Assembly: GCA_963828525.1 (NCBI GenBank)
Contig: CAWHEP010000008.1
Span: forward strand, 160,001-224,000
Origin: an uncultured Verrucomicrobiae bacterium
GTDB lineage: Bacteria; Verrucomicrobiota; Verrucomicrobiia; Chthoniobacterales; Chthoniobacteraceae
DNA: 64,000 bases
Reading direction: 5' to 3'
The notes below the pieces were generated by a model. It was given only the letters and a program-made list of their open reading frames with translations. It did not search any database and was not told the DNA's origin. The position numbers and the translations under genes are program-made. Positions 1-11,046 of this stretch are shown one piece after another; position 1 is the stretch's first letter; each line of letters starts with the position of its first letter.

Positions 1-579
1 GACGAGGCGTTCCACATACTTCGCCAGCAAATCGAACTCCAGGTTCAGAAGCGAAGCTGCCTCGATCAGGCAAAAGTTTGTGTGGGCAAATGTATGCGGG
101 ATGATCCACACAACGAAGCTCTCCCGTTCCACTTCAGCAACCGTGAGACTTACCCCATTGACCGCGATGGATCCCTTCGACACGACATACTTCGCGGAAT
201 CGAGCGGCAACGCGATCTTCACGCGGTACGTGAGGCCAGATTGTGAGATCGAAAGGACGCGCGCGGCGCAATCCACGTGTCCCTGCACGAAATGCCCTCC
301 CAGCCGCCCGCTCGCTGGCAATGCCCTCTCGATATTCACCATTTGTCCGGACGAGAGGAGCCCAAGGTTGGTCCGCGCGAGGGTTTCCGCGAGAAGATCG
401 AAAGCTACTCCCGCCTCGTTGCGCTCTGTCACGGTAAGGCAGCACCCATTTACCGACACGCTCTCTCCAGACACGATTTCGCCGGGCAATACAGGAAGCG
501 TAAGGAAGAGCCGGGCGCAATCGTCAACCGGTTCCAACCTTTCAACTACCCCAGTGCATTCTATGAGGCCCGTAAACAC
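1..579 (-). CDS. ribE: Riboflavin synthase (alpha chain), 3' end runs off the window
   Basis: Not in the ORF track. Manual translation from GTG at 579 gives (M)FTGLIE...[13 protein letters not shown]...VNIERAL...[13 protein letters not shown]...[13 protein letters not shown]...IIPHT...[15 protein letters not shown], the hallmark motifs of the family. Confidence 0.93.
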   Translation of the reverse strand, partial: MFTGLIECTGVVERLEPVDDCARLFLTLPVLPGEIVSGESVSVNGCCLTVTERNEAGVAFDLLAETLARTNLGLLSSGQMVNIERALPASGRLGGHFVQGHVDCAARVLSISQSGLTYRVKIALPLDSAKYVVSKGSIAVNGVSLTVAEVERESFVVWIIPHTFAHTNFCLIEAASLLNLEFDLLAKYVERLV

Positions 580-681
580 GTGGGTAGTATGCGAAAGGAG
601 GAGCCAATTGCGAATGGGATCGTGCCGGGAAGCTGGAATTTCTTGCTTTCGCCGGCGCTAATATCGTTCTTACTTCTCCCA

Positions 682-1605
682 ATGGAGAAGATGATTATCA
701 TTGGCACCGGTTGCGCGGGGCTGACGGCGGCAATCTACGCGGCGCGCGCAAACCTGGAGCCTCTCGTCCTTGAGGGAAAAGAGCCCGGAGGGCAGCTCAC
801 AACGACAACACTCGTCGAAAACTTCCCTGGGTTCCCTGATGGCATCGACGGTCCGCAGCTCATCCTAAACATGAAGGCTCAGGCCCAGCGGTTCGGAGCC
901 CGATTTTCATACTCCTACGTCACCGACATCGAGCGAAGGTCCGACCACGTGAGCGCGCAGATCGAAGGCGCGGAATGGCTCGACGCGAAGACCATGATCA
1001 TCGCGAGTGGCGCGTCCGCGCGCTGGCTTGGTTTGCCAGGAGAGAAGCAGTTGATCGGCCACGGTCTCACCTCGTGCGCGACGTGCGATGGGGCATTCTA
1101 CCGGAACGTGCCCGTATGTGTGATCGGCGGCGGTGATACTGCTTGCGAGGAAGCGGTGTTCCTGACCCGGTTTGCTTCAAAGGTATACCTGGTGCATCGG
1201 CGGGACACTCTACGGGCTTCGAAGATCATGGCGGATCGCGTTCTGGCGCATGCCAAGATCGAGCCGGTCTGGAACAGCATTCCGGTTGAGTACCTCCCGG
1301 ATGAGGCGGGCGAGATGAAGGCGTTGAAGGTCAAGGATACAGGGACGGGTGACGAAAAGGAGTTGGAGGTAAAATGCGTGTTTGTGGCGATCGGTCACAC
1401 TCCCAATACTTCCTCGTTCAAAGGGAAGCTGGATATGGATGAGAGCGGCTATCTCGTTCAAAGGCATGGCGTTCGCACAAACATGGAGGGGGTTTTTGCG
1501 GCTGGAGATGTCGCGGACCACGTATACCGGCAGGCGATTACCGCGGCGGGCCAGGGCTGCGCCGCCGCCATGGATGCCGAAAAATACCTGGCGGAACGGG
1601 ATTGA
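682..1605 (+). CDS. trxB: Thioredoxin-disulfide reductase
   Basis: [15 protein letters not shown] motif, [18 protein letters not shown] redox motif, GGGDTA NADPH motif, [15 protein letters not shown]. Start trimmed to ATG at 682. Confidence 0.96.
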   Translation: MEKMIIIGTGCAGLTAAIYAARANLEPLVLEGKEPGGQLTTTTLVENFPGFPDGIDGPQLILNMKAQAQRFGARFSYSYVTDIERRSDHVSAQIEGAEWLDAKTMIIASGASARWLGLPGEKQLIGHGLTSCATCDGAFYRNVPVCVIGGGDTACEEAVFLTRFASKVYLVHRRDTLRASKIMADRVLAHAKIEPVWNSIPVEYLPDEAGEMKALKVKDTGTGDEKELEVKCVFVAIGHTPNTSSFKGKLDMDESGYLVQRHGVRTNMEGVFAAGDVADHVYRQAITAAGQGCAAAMDAEKYLAERD

Positions 1606-1627
1606 GCGCCCGGGTGGCGGTCATGCA

Positions 1628-2794
1628 GTGAAGCTTTGCGACCTGACGCAGTTTTACTCTCCAGTCAGCGGAGGCGTGAAGCGGTATCTGAATGAAAAGA
1701 TTCTCTATCTTCATCAGCACACGGACGCCGACGAACATGTGCTCATCGTCCCGGGAGAGAAGGATTGCGTAACAGTAGAAGGCCGGTCGCGCACGTATTC
1801 GATCAAGTCGCCGCTGATCTCCAAAACGTCTCGCTACCGGGCGCTACTTCGACTGGAAGCAATCGAGGAGGTGCTGGAGAAAGAGCGTCCTGATCTTATC
1901 GAGTCGGGCGACCCCTATCAGGTGGCATGGAAGGCGATTGCCTCAGGCGACGCGCTTCGGATTCCAGTAATCGGCTTTTATCACTCTCATTTCCCGGAGG
2001 CTTACCTGAGAAGCTCAGAGAAATACTTCGGGGCGACGGCCACAGACTTCGTGATGGATCTCTCCAAGAGATACATACGCAATCTCTACAACCTCTTCTC
2101 CTGTACCTTGGTCCCCTCACCCGCGCTGGGAAAGCTTCTAGGTGATTGGGGGGTCGAGAACCTCCGCAGCATCGACCTCGGAGTGAATACGGACATTTTC
2201 AAGCCTGACAAGGCGTCAAACGCGCGGAGCGCTCTGCATATTTCTGACTCGGCATTCCTTCTCCTCTACGTCGGCCGCCTCGCGGGCGAGAAGAACACAC
2301 GCGCCTTGTTCGATGCCTTCAACATTCTCACGCGTCAACACCCCGGGCGCTTCCATCTCCTCGCGGTGGGGGACGGCGCGCAGCGGGACGCGCTCATACA
2401 TTTAAAGGAGCAGACAGGCGCAGTGACCTGGCTGCCGTACTGCGGCAACTCCATGGAGCTGGCGGCCATGTATTCATCCGCCGACCTTTTCGTTCACCCC
2501 GGCGTGCAGGAGACGTTTGGTCTCGTGACACTGGAAAGCCAGGCTTGCGGCACCCCGGTGGTTGGCATTCGCGGCAGCTATATGGATCGCATCATCCATA
2601 GCGACCAGACACACTGGGCCGCGGAGAACACGCCAGAGGCGCTGGCCGCCGCGATCCTAGGGGCGAGCCGGCTGGATCTCGCGACAATCGGGACCGCTGT
2701 CAGCAGAAGGGTCGCGAGCCTTTACTCCTGGCAGAAAGTCTTCGCCAATCTTTTTGCGATTTACCGGGACGTCATTTGCAACTACAGGAATTGA
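1628..2794 (+). CDS. Glycosyltransferase family 4 (GT-B)
   Basis: SGGVKRY N-terminal motif, YVGRLAGEKN, ETFGLVTLESQACGTPVV (EX7E). Probable GTG start at 1628. Confidence 0.9.
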   Translation: MKLCDLTQFYSPVSGGVKRYLNEKILYLHQHTDADEHVLIVPGEKDCVTVEGRSRTYSIKSPLISKTSRYRALLRLEAIEEVLEKERPDLIESGDPYQVAWKAIASGDALRIPVIGFYHSHFPEAYLRSSEKYFGATATDFVMDLSKRYIRNLYNLFSCTLVPSPALGKLLGDWGVENLRSIDLGVNTDIFKPDKASNARSALHISDSAFLLLYVGRLAGEKNTRALFDAFNILTRQHPGRFHLLAVGDGAQRDALIHLKEQTGAVTWLPYCGNSMELAAMYSSADLFVHPGVQETFGLVTLESQACGTPVVGIRGSYMDRIIHSDQTHWAAENTPEALAAAILGASRLDLATIGTAVSRRVASLYSWQKVFANLFAIYRDVICNYRN

Positions 2795-2798
2795 TCCG

Positions 2799-3478
2799 AT
2801 GAACGGCGAAAAGCAGATCACCATCCGCAAGTACGCCAACAGGGATCGGGAGAGCGTCAGGCGGCTTTGCTGTGAGACAGGTTTCCTGGGCCAGCCAGTG
2901 GACCCCGTTTTCGCCGACCGCGAGCTATTTGCGAACTTCTTGACAGGCTACTACACCGATTGGGAACCCGAGTCGGCGTTTGTGCTGGAACTGGACGGGG
3001 AGGTGAAAGGGTATCTGCTTGGTTCAAAACGCCCATTCCGGCAGCAGGTTTACAGCTTGTATCAGAACGCGGGCCTCCTCCTTCGGGTCATGCTCAGGTA
3101 TTGGAACTACAACACGGCGTCGCGCCGGTTCGTGCATTGGATCCTCTGTTATGGCTGGCGCGAAGTCCCAGCGGCTCCGCGGAGAACCGCGCATTTCCAC
3201 ATAAACCTGCTGCCCGAGGCTCGCAGCGTCGCCTCTACGCGGGCGCTGATGGACGCATATCTCAAGTAACTTGGTACGAGGCCGGCGAGAAGCGCGTCTA
3301 TGGGCAAATGGTCACCTTTGAGAGCCGCCGAGGCGCGAAGATGTTTGAACGCTATGGATTCAAGGTGGTGAATCGTTCGGAAATCTCAAAGTATCGCCGC
3401 CTGCATCCCAAGCCGGTTTATCTATGCACCGTCATTAAAGATCTGGACGAAAACTTTCAATTGTATGCCAAGGAGTAA
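2799..3478 (+). CDS. GNAT-family N-acetyltransferase, apparently frameshifted near 3266-3277
   Basis: ORF 2754..3269 (AFVLE..GEVKGYLLG, AHFHINLLPEAR) continues in ORF 2960..3478 (EKRVYGQ...KMFERYGF). Removing two single-base insertions gives YLKYLYEAGEKR. Confidence 0.75.
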
Positions 3479-3488
3479 TCACTGCAGG

Positions 3489-5336
3489 TCAATCACCTGA
3501 CTTCCGCGACACAGCAGGCTCGGGCGCGCGGGGTACAATCACCCTTTCCGCCTCCTTTCCCTGCGTCACCTTCTGGCGAGTACTTTCTATCTTGTCGTTG
3601 ATTCCCTTGTTATCACGATCCAAAGCGACCGCCTTTTGCCAATAGTTAACCGCCTGCGCCGAGTTGCCCAGTTTCATGTAGGTATCGCCGATGTGGTCAT
3701 AGACGACGGAGTCCGGCGGCTGAATTGCTTGAGCCGCCTTCAGCAACTGCGGGAGAGCTTTTTCAGGCTGGCCCTTTTTGAAATACAACCATCCGAGACT
3801 ATCTATGAAAGCCGCGTTGTTCGGATCAGTGAGGAGGGCGCGCTGGATCAGTTCTCCTGCTTCCTCAAGATGCTCTCCCCTGTCCGCCCACATGAACCCG
3901 AGGTAGTTGCACGCCTGACCGGAGTGCTGAGGATCCATCTGGATGGCTTTCTTCAACAATTCAGCGGCCTTGTCGATCATACCGGCCTGCTCTGCCGCGG
4001 CTCCGTAGCTGAGGTAGAAACGCTGGTCGAGCAGATCATCACGGTAGTTTTCCGCTTCATGCTCAGCTTCCTCAAACATTGTAAGAGATTCCTGGTTGCG
4101 CTTCACCTCGCTGAGAGCAGTGGCCAGGCGGTATGTAAGCTCCGGCCGTTCGGGAAACCTCCGCCGGGCTTCTGTGAGCGTATCTATCGCTTTATCATAT
4201 TGCTTCACCAGTATCTCGATCTCAGCCACCCGAGCATAATTCTGCCAGAGGGTGGGATTGAGCAGGAGATACTGCTGGAAGCTGGAAAGAGCCCCAGCGG
4301 TGTCGCCTTTCTCCTCGTACACCTGTCCCAGCATGTCGTAGGCTTCCTGTTGCAGTGGGTTCTCCTTGATCGCCTCGCGCAAGACAGCAATCGCGGCGTC
4401 CTGTTGATCGAGAGCCGAATAGCACTGCGCGACCTTCAGCCGGTTGGCTAACAGCGAGGGATCGTTCGCCACCTTTTTGGTCTCTATAAGAGTTTGATAC
4501 AGAGGGATGGCTGATTTCCACTGCCGAGCGCTGATGTAGAAGTCCGCAACCTGCTGGGTGACGTCGAGGTCTTCCGGAGAAAGAGCTCGGGCCTTCTCGT
4601 AAGCGCCTGCCATCTTTTTGAGGGATCCAGGCGGGGTAGATCCATCCTGCTTCAAGAGCAGTTCAGTATAGAGCCTGCCAAGCTGGAGCCAAAACTGGGG
4701 ATCGCGCACGGAAAGGCGGGAGGCTCGATCCAGTATCTGCTCTGCCTTGGCCGGCTGATTAGTGCCCGTGTAAATGTCGTAAGCCGCTCCATAAGAGACA
4801 AGGTTGGAGGGATCAAGATCAAGCGCCTGCAGCGCGTACTTCAGGCCAACATCCGGCTTCTTAAGATATTTAAAATAGAACTGGGAGAGATAGACGTATG
4901 TGGAAGGCTCCCTGGGCGAGGCCTTCACGCAATCCTTCAAAACATCGATTCCCGCGGGGATTTCTCCCCTTCTGGCGAGTTCCAAGGCGACCTTCACTGC
5001 CAGCGCAGAGTACCCGGGATCGAGCGCGAGTACCTTCTGATACTGCTCGAGCATGACATCATTATCGGCGTTATCTTCAGCGATAAAGCCCTGGATGTAG
5101 GCCGCGAGCGCGTCAGCGCGCCTCTGATCCTCTAGCGGGAGAAGAAGGTCTTTCGCAGGCGCGGACAGCTGAGAAACATCATCCGGGAGAGCGGGCCGCG
5201 CCGCAGCCGACTTCAGTGGCTCACGTCTACGCGCAGCAGCATCCGCATGGATGCAGGCTGCGAACATCCATACGCTCAGAATCCACTGGAGACGCCTGCC
5301 TTTTCCAGGCAACATCCCCAGCCGAAATGAGTTCAT
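3489..5336 (-). CDS. Tetratricopeptide-repeat protein, probably exported
   Basis: Many TPR-like helical repeats; C-terminal NYLGFMWAD...AFIDSLGWLYFK...YDHIGD pattern; N-terminal signal-like segment. Confidence 0.85.
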   Translation of the reverse strand: MNSFRLGMLPGKGRRLQWILSVWMFAACIHADAAARRREPLKSAAARPALPDDVSQLSAPAKDLLLPLEDQRRADALAAYIQGFIAEDNADNDVMLEQYQKVLALDPGYSALAVKVALELARRGEIPAGIDVLKDCVKASPREPSTYVYLSQFYFKYLKKPDVGLKYALQALDLDPSNLVSYGAAYDIYTGTNQPAKAEQILDRASRLSVRDPQFWLQLGRLYTELLLKQDGSTPPGSLKKMAGAYEKARALSPEDLDVTQQVADFYISARQWKSAIPLYQTLIETKKVANDPSLLANRLKVAQCYSALDQQDAAIAVLREAIKENPLQQEAYDMLGQVYEEKGDTAGALSSFQQYLLLNPTLWQNYARVAEIEILVKQYDKAIDTLTEARRRFPERPELTYRLATALSEVKRNQESLTMFEEAEHEAENYRDDLLDQRFYLSYGAAAEQAGMIDKAAELLKKAIQMDPQHSGQACNYLGFMWADRGEHLEEAGELIQRALLTDPNNAAFIDSLGWLYFKKGQPEKALPQLLKAAQAIQPPDSVVYDHIGDTYMKLGNSAQAVNYWQKAVALDRDNKGINDKIESTRQKVTQGKEAERVIVPRAPEPAVSRKSGD

Positions 5337-5351
5337 CGCGTAATGTAGCGA

Positions 5352-5456
5352 CTAAGACTTATAGCGCAAACGCTTCTTATGACGGTTCTCTTTCATCCGC
5401 TTCCGTCTTTTATGCTTCGCGATTTTTGCTTTACGTCTTTTCTTAAGTGAACCCAT
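5352..5456 (-). CDS. Small basic protein, bS22 / AURKAIP1-COX24-like (34 aa)
   Basis: Manual translation MGSLKKRRKAKIAKHKRRKRMKENRHKKRLRYKS*. It lies 15 bp downstream of hisG and resembles the mycobacterial bS22 N-terminus (MGSVIKKRRK...). Confidence 0.8.
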   Translation of the reverse strand: MGSLKKRRKAKIAKHKRRKRMKENRHKKRLRYKS

Positions 5457-5471
5457 CGGGACTTTCGGAAT

Positions 5472-6350
5472 CTAATACACCACTTTGTTGAGGGGATATT
5501 CGATGATGCCTTCTGCTCCAAGAGATTTCAACTGGGGTATGATCTCCCGAACGACCTTCTCATCGATAACCGTTTCAACCGCAACCCAACCAGCCTGCGC
5601 CAGTGGCGAAACCGTCGGATTGCGGAGGGACGGTAAGGCTTCGAGCAAATTCTTCAACTGTATTTGCTCTATATTCATCTTGAGGCCCACTTTGTCGCGG
5701 GCGGTGTGAGCGCCACGCACGAGCAGGACCAATCGCTCCAGCTTTTCCTTCTTCCACGGATCGGCCATCGCGGCCCTATTCGCGATAATCCGCGGAGAAG
5801 ATTCCATGATCACTTCCACGATCCGCAGATTGTTCGCGCGGAGAGAAGAGCCGGTCTCAGTGACGTCAACGATGGCATCCACCAAGTCTGGCACTTTGAC
5901 CTCCGTGGCGCCCCAACTGAACTCCACCTCGGCGCGAACGCCGTGTCGCGCCAGGAAGTTGTTCGTGAGCCGCACCGCTTCCGTTGCGATCCTCTTTCCC
6001 TCAAGGTCCTTCACCGCGCGAACCGGGGAGTTCTCGGGGACAGCAAGCACCCAGCGGGTAGGCTGAAAACTCGCTTTGCTGAACGTAAGTTCACAGACGC
6101 ACTCGACGTCGGACTGATTTTCCTCAACCCAGTCGCGCCCGGTGAGGCCGCAATCCAGGAATCCATGCTCGACATAGCGGCTGATCTCCTGCGCCCTCAG
6201 CAGACGCACCGCAAGATCGGGATCATCAATCACCGGCCTGTAGGAGCGTTTTGGATTGGTAATATTGAATCCCGCTTTCGCGAATAACGCGAATGTCGCC
6301 TCCTGCAAGCTGCCTGACGGGAGGCCAATCTGTAATACGGGGTGGGACAT
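5472..6350 (-). CDS. hisG: ATP phosphoribosyltransferase, long form
   Basis: [39 protein letters not shown], and a C-terminal regulatory domain (PTVSPL...GAEGIIEYP). Confidence 0.95.
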   Translation of the reverse strand: MSHPVLQIGLPSGSLQEATFALFAKAGFNITNPKRSYRPVIDDPDLAVRLLRAQEISRYVEHGFLDCGLTGRDWVEENQSDVECVCELTFSKASFQPTRWVLAVPENSPVRAVKDLEGKRIATEAVRLTNNFLARHGVRAEVEFSWGATEVKVPDLVDAIVDVTETGSSLRANNLRIVEVIMESSPRIIANRAAMADPWKKEKLERLVLLVRGAHTARDKVGLKMNIEQIQLKNLLEALPSLRNPTVSPLAQAGWVAVETVIDEKVVREIIPQLKSLGAEGIIEYPLNKVVY

Positions 6351-6474
6351 CAAAAGGGAGTGCGTTTGTAGAGGGTGACAAGGAAGGTGGCGAGAAAAAA
6401 CGCATTAAAGTTTCGCCGCAATTCCGCGCGCGGGGTGAACGGCGAAGCCGGGATTAGTTCTAACTTCCCGCTGA

Positions 6475-6756
6475 CTACACCGAAGAGGATGTAGACGAGC
6501 GCCGCTGGCCTCTTGCACGAGCTTTTGCGGCCTCAAGTTCACGGTTCTTTGGCGCCGCGGAAGATTCAAGAGAGCGAAGAAGCTGCTGAACGACATCCGC
6601 CACTTCTTCAACCGCAGAGTGGAAGGCCGCCTCATTGCGCGCGGATGGCTTGGCGAATCCACAAACCTTTCTGACAAACTGGAGAGATGCCGCGTTGATC
6701 TCGTCGCTTGTGACCGGAGGCTCAAAGTTGAACAGATTCCTGATATTTCTACACAT
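6475..6756 (-). CDS. DUF2277-family protein
   Basis: MCRNIRNLFNFEPP..EINAASLQFVRKV.G..KPS..NEAAF signature. Confidence 0.8.
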   Translation of the reverse strand: MCRNIRNLFNFEPPVTSDEINAASLQFVRKVCGFAKPSARNEAAFHSAVEEVADVVQQLLRSLESSAAPKNRELEAAKARARGQRRSSTSSSV

Positions 6757-6802
6757 GTTCGAGCTGGTCTTTATGAACGCGGTTCGTCAAATCCATGGAC
6801 AG

Positions 6803-9800
6803 CTAGACACCCACCGCAACGAGTTGCTGTTCCTCCTCCGACTCTGTTTCGGGCTCAATCGGAACAGGAACCGCGTGGCGGCGCTCCTTAGCAACGAGCA
6901 TGTACACGGAAGGAAGCACAAATAATGTGAAGAGTGTTCCCACAATCATTCCCGAAACGAGCACTATTCCGATGCTGTTCCTGGCTCCCGCGCCGGGACC
7001 ACGCGCCAGTACAAGAGGAAAGTGGCCGGCGACCGTCGCGACTGAGGTCATGAGCACCGGGCGCAACCTTGTTCCAGCTGCTTCGATGATGGCGTCCAGC
7101 TTGTTCATTCCCGACTCCTGAAGCTTGTTTGCGAATTCCACAATCAAGATGCCGTTCTTGGAGATCAAGCCAACCAAGGTGATGAGTCCCACCTGACTGT
7201 AGATGTTCAAGGTGGTGAACCCTAGGAAGCAGAACAGCAGCGCTCCTGACAGAGCCAAAGGCACCGAGCCGACGAGAATGATGAGAGGATCCCGGAAACT
7301 CTCGAACTGGGCGGCCAGCACGAGGAAGATGAGGATGAACGAAAGAACGAGTGTACCCGTCAAGCGATTGCCCTCCAGTCGCAGTTGCCGGCCTGTGCCG
7401 GCATAGTCCACAGAGAAACCCTTGGGCAGATCCTTGGCAGCGTCTTCCAGAACTCGCAGGGCTTGATCGAGAGTGACACCGGGAGGAATCGCGCCCTGAA
7501 TTTTAGCGGAGTTGAGTTGCTGGAAACGGTTGAGGTTGCGAGGCTCAGTGGTCTCCTTGAGAGAAGCAAAGGTGGAAAGCTGCACCAATTTGCCGTTCGG
7601 ACCGCTGACATAGAAGTTGTTTAACTGGTCGGCGTTCAGACGCTCAACACGCTTGATCTCAGGTATTACCTTATAGCTGCGACCGCTGTTGCTGAAGCGA
7701 TTAACGTAGTTCCCGCCCAGCATCGTTCCCAGGTCGCTTCCCACCTGTTCCAGGTTGAGACCCAGCGCGGCGACCTTGTCGCGGTCGAAGACGACCTCTG
7801 TCTGCGGCTGATCGTATTTCAGATCCGTGTCGGCGAACATGAAGAGGTGGCTTTCCATCGCTTTCTGAACCAACGCGTTGGCGTAATCCAGCAGCTCCCG
7901 AGGTTCAGCAGTGGAAGCGATGACGAACTCCACAGGGAACTGGCTCCCGCCGGGAAGCGGCTCCGGGGTCGTAGCGATGACGCGTACCCCGGGGATTTCG
8001 CCTGCCTTCCCGAACACCTCGCCCACGATCTGTTCGGTAGACCGCTTGCGTTCGCTCCACGATTTGGTGACCATCCCGGAAAACCCGCCAGTAGGGCTGG
8101 TGAGCTGAAATGTGTTCTCAGTCTCCGGGATCGACTTAAAGACTTCGTTCACCTTCTCGGCAAACATGCTGGTCTGGTCCACGGTCGAATTCGGAGCAGC
8201 TTGCACGATGCCGAAGACAACCCCCTGATCTTCCTTCGGCGCCAGCTCACTCTGTGTAAAGAGGAAGAAGGGGATGATGAGAAATACAACAATCACCCCC
8301 ATCGTGATCACGACCGGACGCCATTTCAAAGTGGCAGTGAGTCTGCCGATGTATGCCCGCCGGAGTCGATCAAAGCGGTTGTTCACCCATCCCGCAAAGC
8401 CGCGATGAGAGTCGCCAGCCCTCAGGAGCTTGGAAGACATCATAGGAGAAAGGGTCAGCGCCACCACGCCGGAGACCACTACCGCGCCGGCCAGAGTGAA
8501 TGCAAATTCCCGGAATAGAGCTCCCGTCAACCCGCCCTGGACGCCGATCGGAGCGTAGACGGCGACGAGAGTTATAGTCATCGCTATGATCGGCCCGAGA
8601 AGTTCATGCGCGCCCTTTATCGACGCGTCGAACGCGGTCATTCCCTCCTGCAAATGCCTCTCAATGTTTTCTACAACGATGATCGCGTCATCCACCACGA
8701 GGCCGACGGCGAGCACGATCGCAAGAAGGGTCAGCAGGTTGAGCGTAAACCCAAACAGCAGCATCAGGAACGCGGCCCCGATGAGGGAGATAGGAATGGC
8801 GACAACCGGGATAATTATGGAGCGCACGGAGCCCAAAAAGAGGAAGATGACAACGACGACGATCGCCAGCGTCTCCATGAGCGTCTTCATCACCTCGTTC
8901 AACGCGTCGCTGATGTAGCGCGTTGAGTCGTATGGTATCTTGACCTGCATCCCGACGGGCAACTGACGCTCGATTTCGGGAATCTCCGCCCGCACGGCCT
9001 TGATGACGTCCAACGAATTGGCAGTCGGAAGTACCCACACTCCCATGAAAGTCGCTTTCTCTCCCGAGAACCTGACGTCTTGAGTGTAGTCTTCGGCGCC
9101 GAGTTCCACATCCGCGACATCGCGGAGCCGTATGATCGCGCCGTTGGCGTGGCGGATCACCAACTCCCGAAATTCTTCCGGCGTCCGCAGATCAGTATTG
9201 GCAACCAGGTTCACGGAAATCATCGACCCCTTCGTCGCGCCGACAGCAGAGAGCCGGTTATTGGAGGCCAAGGCTTGGCGAATCTCGGAGGCTGAAATAT
9301 TCATTGCCGCCATCCGGTCTGGTTTCAGCCAAATACGCATCGCAAAAGTGCGCGCGCCAAGAATGTCAGCGCGTTGCACACCGCTCACGGCGGTCAGCTT
9401 CGGCTGGACAACGCGGGTCAGGTAGTCCGTGATCTGATTCTGATCCAGATCATTGGAGTAGAAACTGATGTACATCGCGGCGAACTGGTTGTCCGCGGTC
9501 TCCAGTTCGATGACGGGAGACTCCGCCTCGGGTGGCAGATCGTTCCGCACCTGCGCAGTTTTCGCCTGGATCTGCGTCAGCGCGGCGTTCGTGTCGTAAT
9601 TCAGCTTCAAATGCACCGTGATGGTGCTCAAGCTCTGCGCGCTCTGGGATTCGATGTAATCGATTCCATCCGCGCTCGCGATAACCCGCTCCAGCGGCGT
9701 TGTGATAAACCCACGCACGAGGTCGGCATTCGCGCCGACATAAGTGGTGTTTACCGTGATGACCGCGATATCACTACGGGGATATTGCCTGACGTTGAGA

Positions 9801-9892
9801 ACCTTTATTGCCTGATAACCCGCGAGCAGAATTATCAGGTTAACGACCGTCGCAACCACTGGACGGCGAATAAATAGATCAGTGAGTCTCAC
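6803..9892 (-). CDS. RND efflux transporter permease (AcrB/AcrD/AcrF family)
   Basis: 1029 aa; FIRRPV, GLVVDDAIIVVEN, KNGILIVEFA, RLRPVLMT. Confidence 0.95.
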   Translation of the reverse strand: MRLTDLFIRRPVVATVVNLIILLAGYQAIKVLNVRQYPRSDIAVITVNTTYVGANADLVRGFITTPLERVIASADGIDYIESQSAQSLSTITVHLKLNYDTNAALTQIQAKTAQVRNDLPPEAESPVIELETADNQFAAMYISFYSNDLDQNQITDYLTRVVQPKLTAVSGVQRADILGARTFAMRIWLKPDRMAAMNISASEIRQALASNNRLSAVGATKGSMISVNLVANTDLRTPEEFRELVIRHANGAIIRLRDVADVELGAEDYTQDVRFSGEKATFMGVWVLPTANSLDVIKAVRAEIPEIERQLPVGMQVKIPYDSTRYISDALNEVMKTLMETLAIVVVVIFLFLGSVRSIIIPVVAIPISLIGAAFLMLLFGFTLNLLTLLAIVLAVGLVVDDAIIVVENIERHLQEGMTAFDASIKGAHELLGPIIAMTITLVAVYAPIGVQGGLTGALFREFAFTLAGAVVVSGVVALTLSPMMSSKLLRAGDSHRGFAGWVNNRFDRLRRAYIGRLTATLKWRPVVITMGVIVVFLIIPFFLFTQSELAPKEDQGVVFGIVQAAPNSTVDQTSMFAEKVNEVFKSIPETENTFQLTSPTGGFSGMVTKSWSERKRSTEQIVGEVFGKAGEIPGVRVIATTPEPLPGGSQFPVEFVIASTAEPRELLDYANALVQKAMESHLFMFADTDLKYDQPQTEVVFDRDKVAALGLNLEQVGSDLGTMLGGNYVNRFSNSGRSYKVIPEIKRVERLNADQLNNFYVSGPNGKLVQLSTFASLKETTEPRNLNRFQQLNSAKIQGAIPPGVTLDQALRVLEDAAKDLPKGFSVDYAGTGRQLRLEGNRLTGTLVLSFILIFLVLAAQFESFRDPLIILVGSVPLALSGALLFCFLGFTTLNIYSQVGLITLVGLISKNGILIVEFANKLQESGMNKLDAIIEAAGTRLRPVLMTSVATVAGHFPLVLARGPGAGARNSIGIVLVSGMIVGTLFTLFVLPSVYMLVAKERRHAVPVPIEPETESEEEQQLVAVGV

Positions 9893-9906
9893 GGGGAGCG
9901 CTTCGC

Positions 9907-11034
9907 TTACGTATCGGGCGGGTTGGGGTTGGCGTCATTGCCCGGCGCCACACTGTTATTAATGTGAACGGGGAAACCGCTGCGAAGCTTGAAAACACCG
10001 GAAGTGACAACCCGATCCCCCTCCTTTACGCCCTTCAAGATGGAAACCTGGTCTCCGCGACTCGGCCCCAGCTTTACAAACTGCTGCTCCGCCAAGTGCA
10101 AAGGAGTGCCATCCGGCCCTGGCTGATCCTTGATCACAAATACGGAGTCACCGTATGGAGCGTAGTTAATGGAAGAAGCCGGGACGGAAACAACGCCCGC
10201 TTTCTCCGGGAGCAAGACATCCACCTTCACGAACATGCCCGGCCTCAGCTTCCGATCCGGATTGGGCACCGTCCCACGGACCATGATGTTGCGGGTGGAC
10301 TCATCCACCAGCGCGTCAACCGCGGAAATTTCTCCATTGAACTCTTTCTCTGCAATCCCCTCGGCTTTGACCTTCAGCTTCTTCGCGACCGAAAGTTCTT
10401 CCAAATGCTGCTGAGGCAGGGCGAAATCCACATAGATGGGATCGAGCGATTGGAGCGACGCAATGGGCGCCCCGACATTTAAATATTGGCCGACATTCAC
10501 CTGACGAATACCGATCCATCCATCAAAAGGCGCGAGGATCGTCTTCCTGGCGATCAGCGCTTCTGAGTCCTCTACGATGGCATCGGCCTGCCGGAACTCG
10601 CTCGCGGCACTGTCATAATCGGACTGGGCGACGGCCTTTTTCGCCACCAGCCCTTTTTGCCGCTCAAGGTTTATCTTGGCGAGATCACGCCGCGCTTGCG
10701 CCGAGCGTAGCTGCGCCTCCTCCTGCCGGGTATCGAGTTTTAGAAGAAGGTCGCCTTTTTTTACCTCTGCTCCCGAGGTGAACGCAATCTCGGTAACAAT
10801 GCCGGCCAAATCGGTACTCATAGTCACTCCATTCACAGCGCGCATCGAGCCCACAGTGCCAAGCACAGGCTCCCAATTTTGGATGGTTGCAGTGATCGCG
10901 GTCACAGCAGGCGGGCCGGGAGCATGTTTGGCTCCCTCTGCCATCGCCGTCCGTATCTGTGTGAACTTAAACAAACCCAACGCGATGATGAACAAGATCA
11001 TCGTCGCCACCATGAGAGACATACGTTTCACCAT
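9907..11034 (-). CDS. RND periplasmic adaptor (membrane fusion protein)
   Basis: G..VKKGDLL..LD, I.APFDG.IG, LRPGMF; directly upstream of the RND permease. Confidence 0.93.
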   Translation of the reverse strand: MVKRMSLMVATMILFIIALGLFKFTQIRTAMAEGAKHAPGPPAVTAITATIQNWEPVLGTVGSMRAVNGVTMSTDLAGIVTEIAFTSGAEVKKGDLLLKLDTRQEEAQLRSAQARRDLAKINLERQKGLVAKKAVAQSDYDSAASEFRQADAIVEDSEALIARKTILAPFDGWIGIRQVNVGQYLNVGAPIASLQSLDPIYVDFALPQQHLEELSVAKKLKVKAEGIAEKEFNGEISAVDALVDESTRNIMVRGTVPNPDRKLRPGMFVKVDVLLPEKAGVVSVPASSINYAPYGDSVFVIKDQPGPDGTPLHLAEQQFVKLGPSRGDQVSILKGVKEGDRVVTSGVFKLRSGFPVHINNSVAPGNDANPNPPDT

Positions 11035-11046
11035 AAAATACCTCCG

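Noticed and set aside
80..681. ORF 80..661 (+) and the N-terminal extension of ORF 277..1605
   Set aside because: Shadow frames opposite the riboflavin synthase gene; TrxB homology begins at ATG 682.
2799..3478. Programmed frameshifting or true pseudogenisation of the GNAT, tamB and AsmA-like genes
   Set aside because: No slippery heptamer or homopolymer run at the junctions and no other decay in these genes; the shared GTAC context favours sequencing error.
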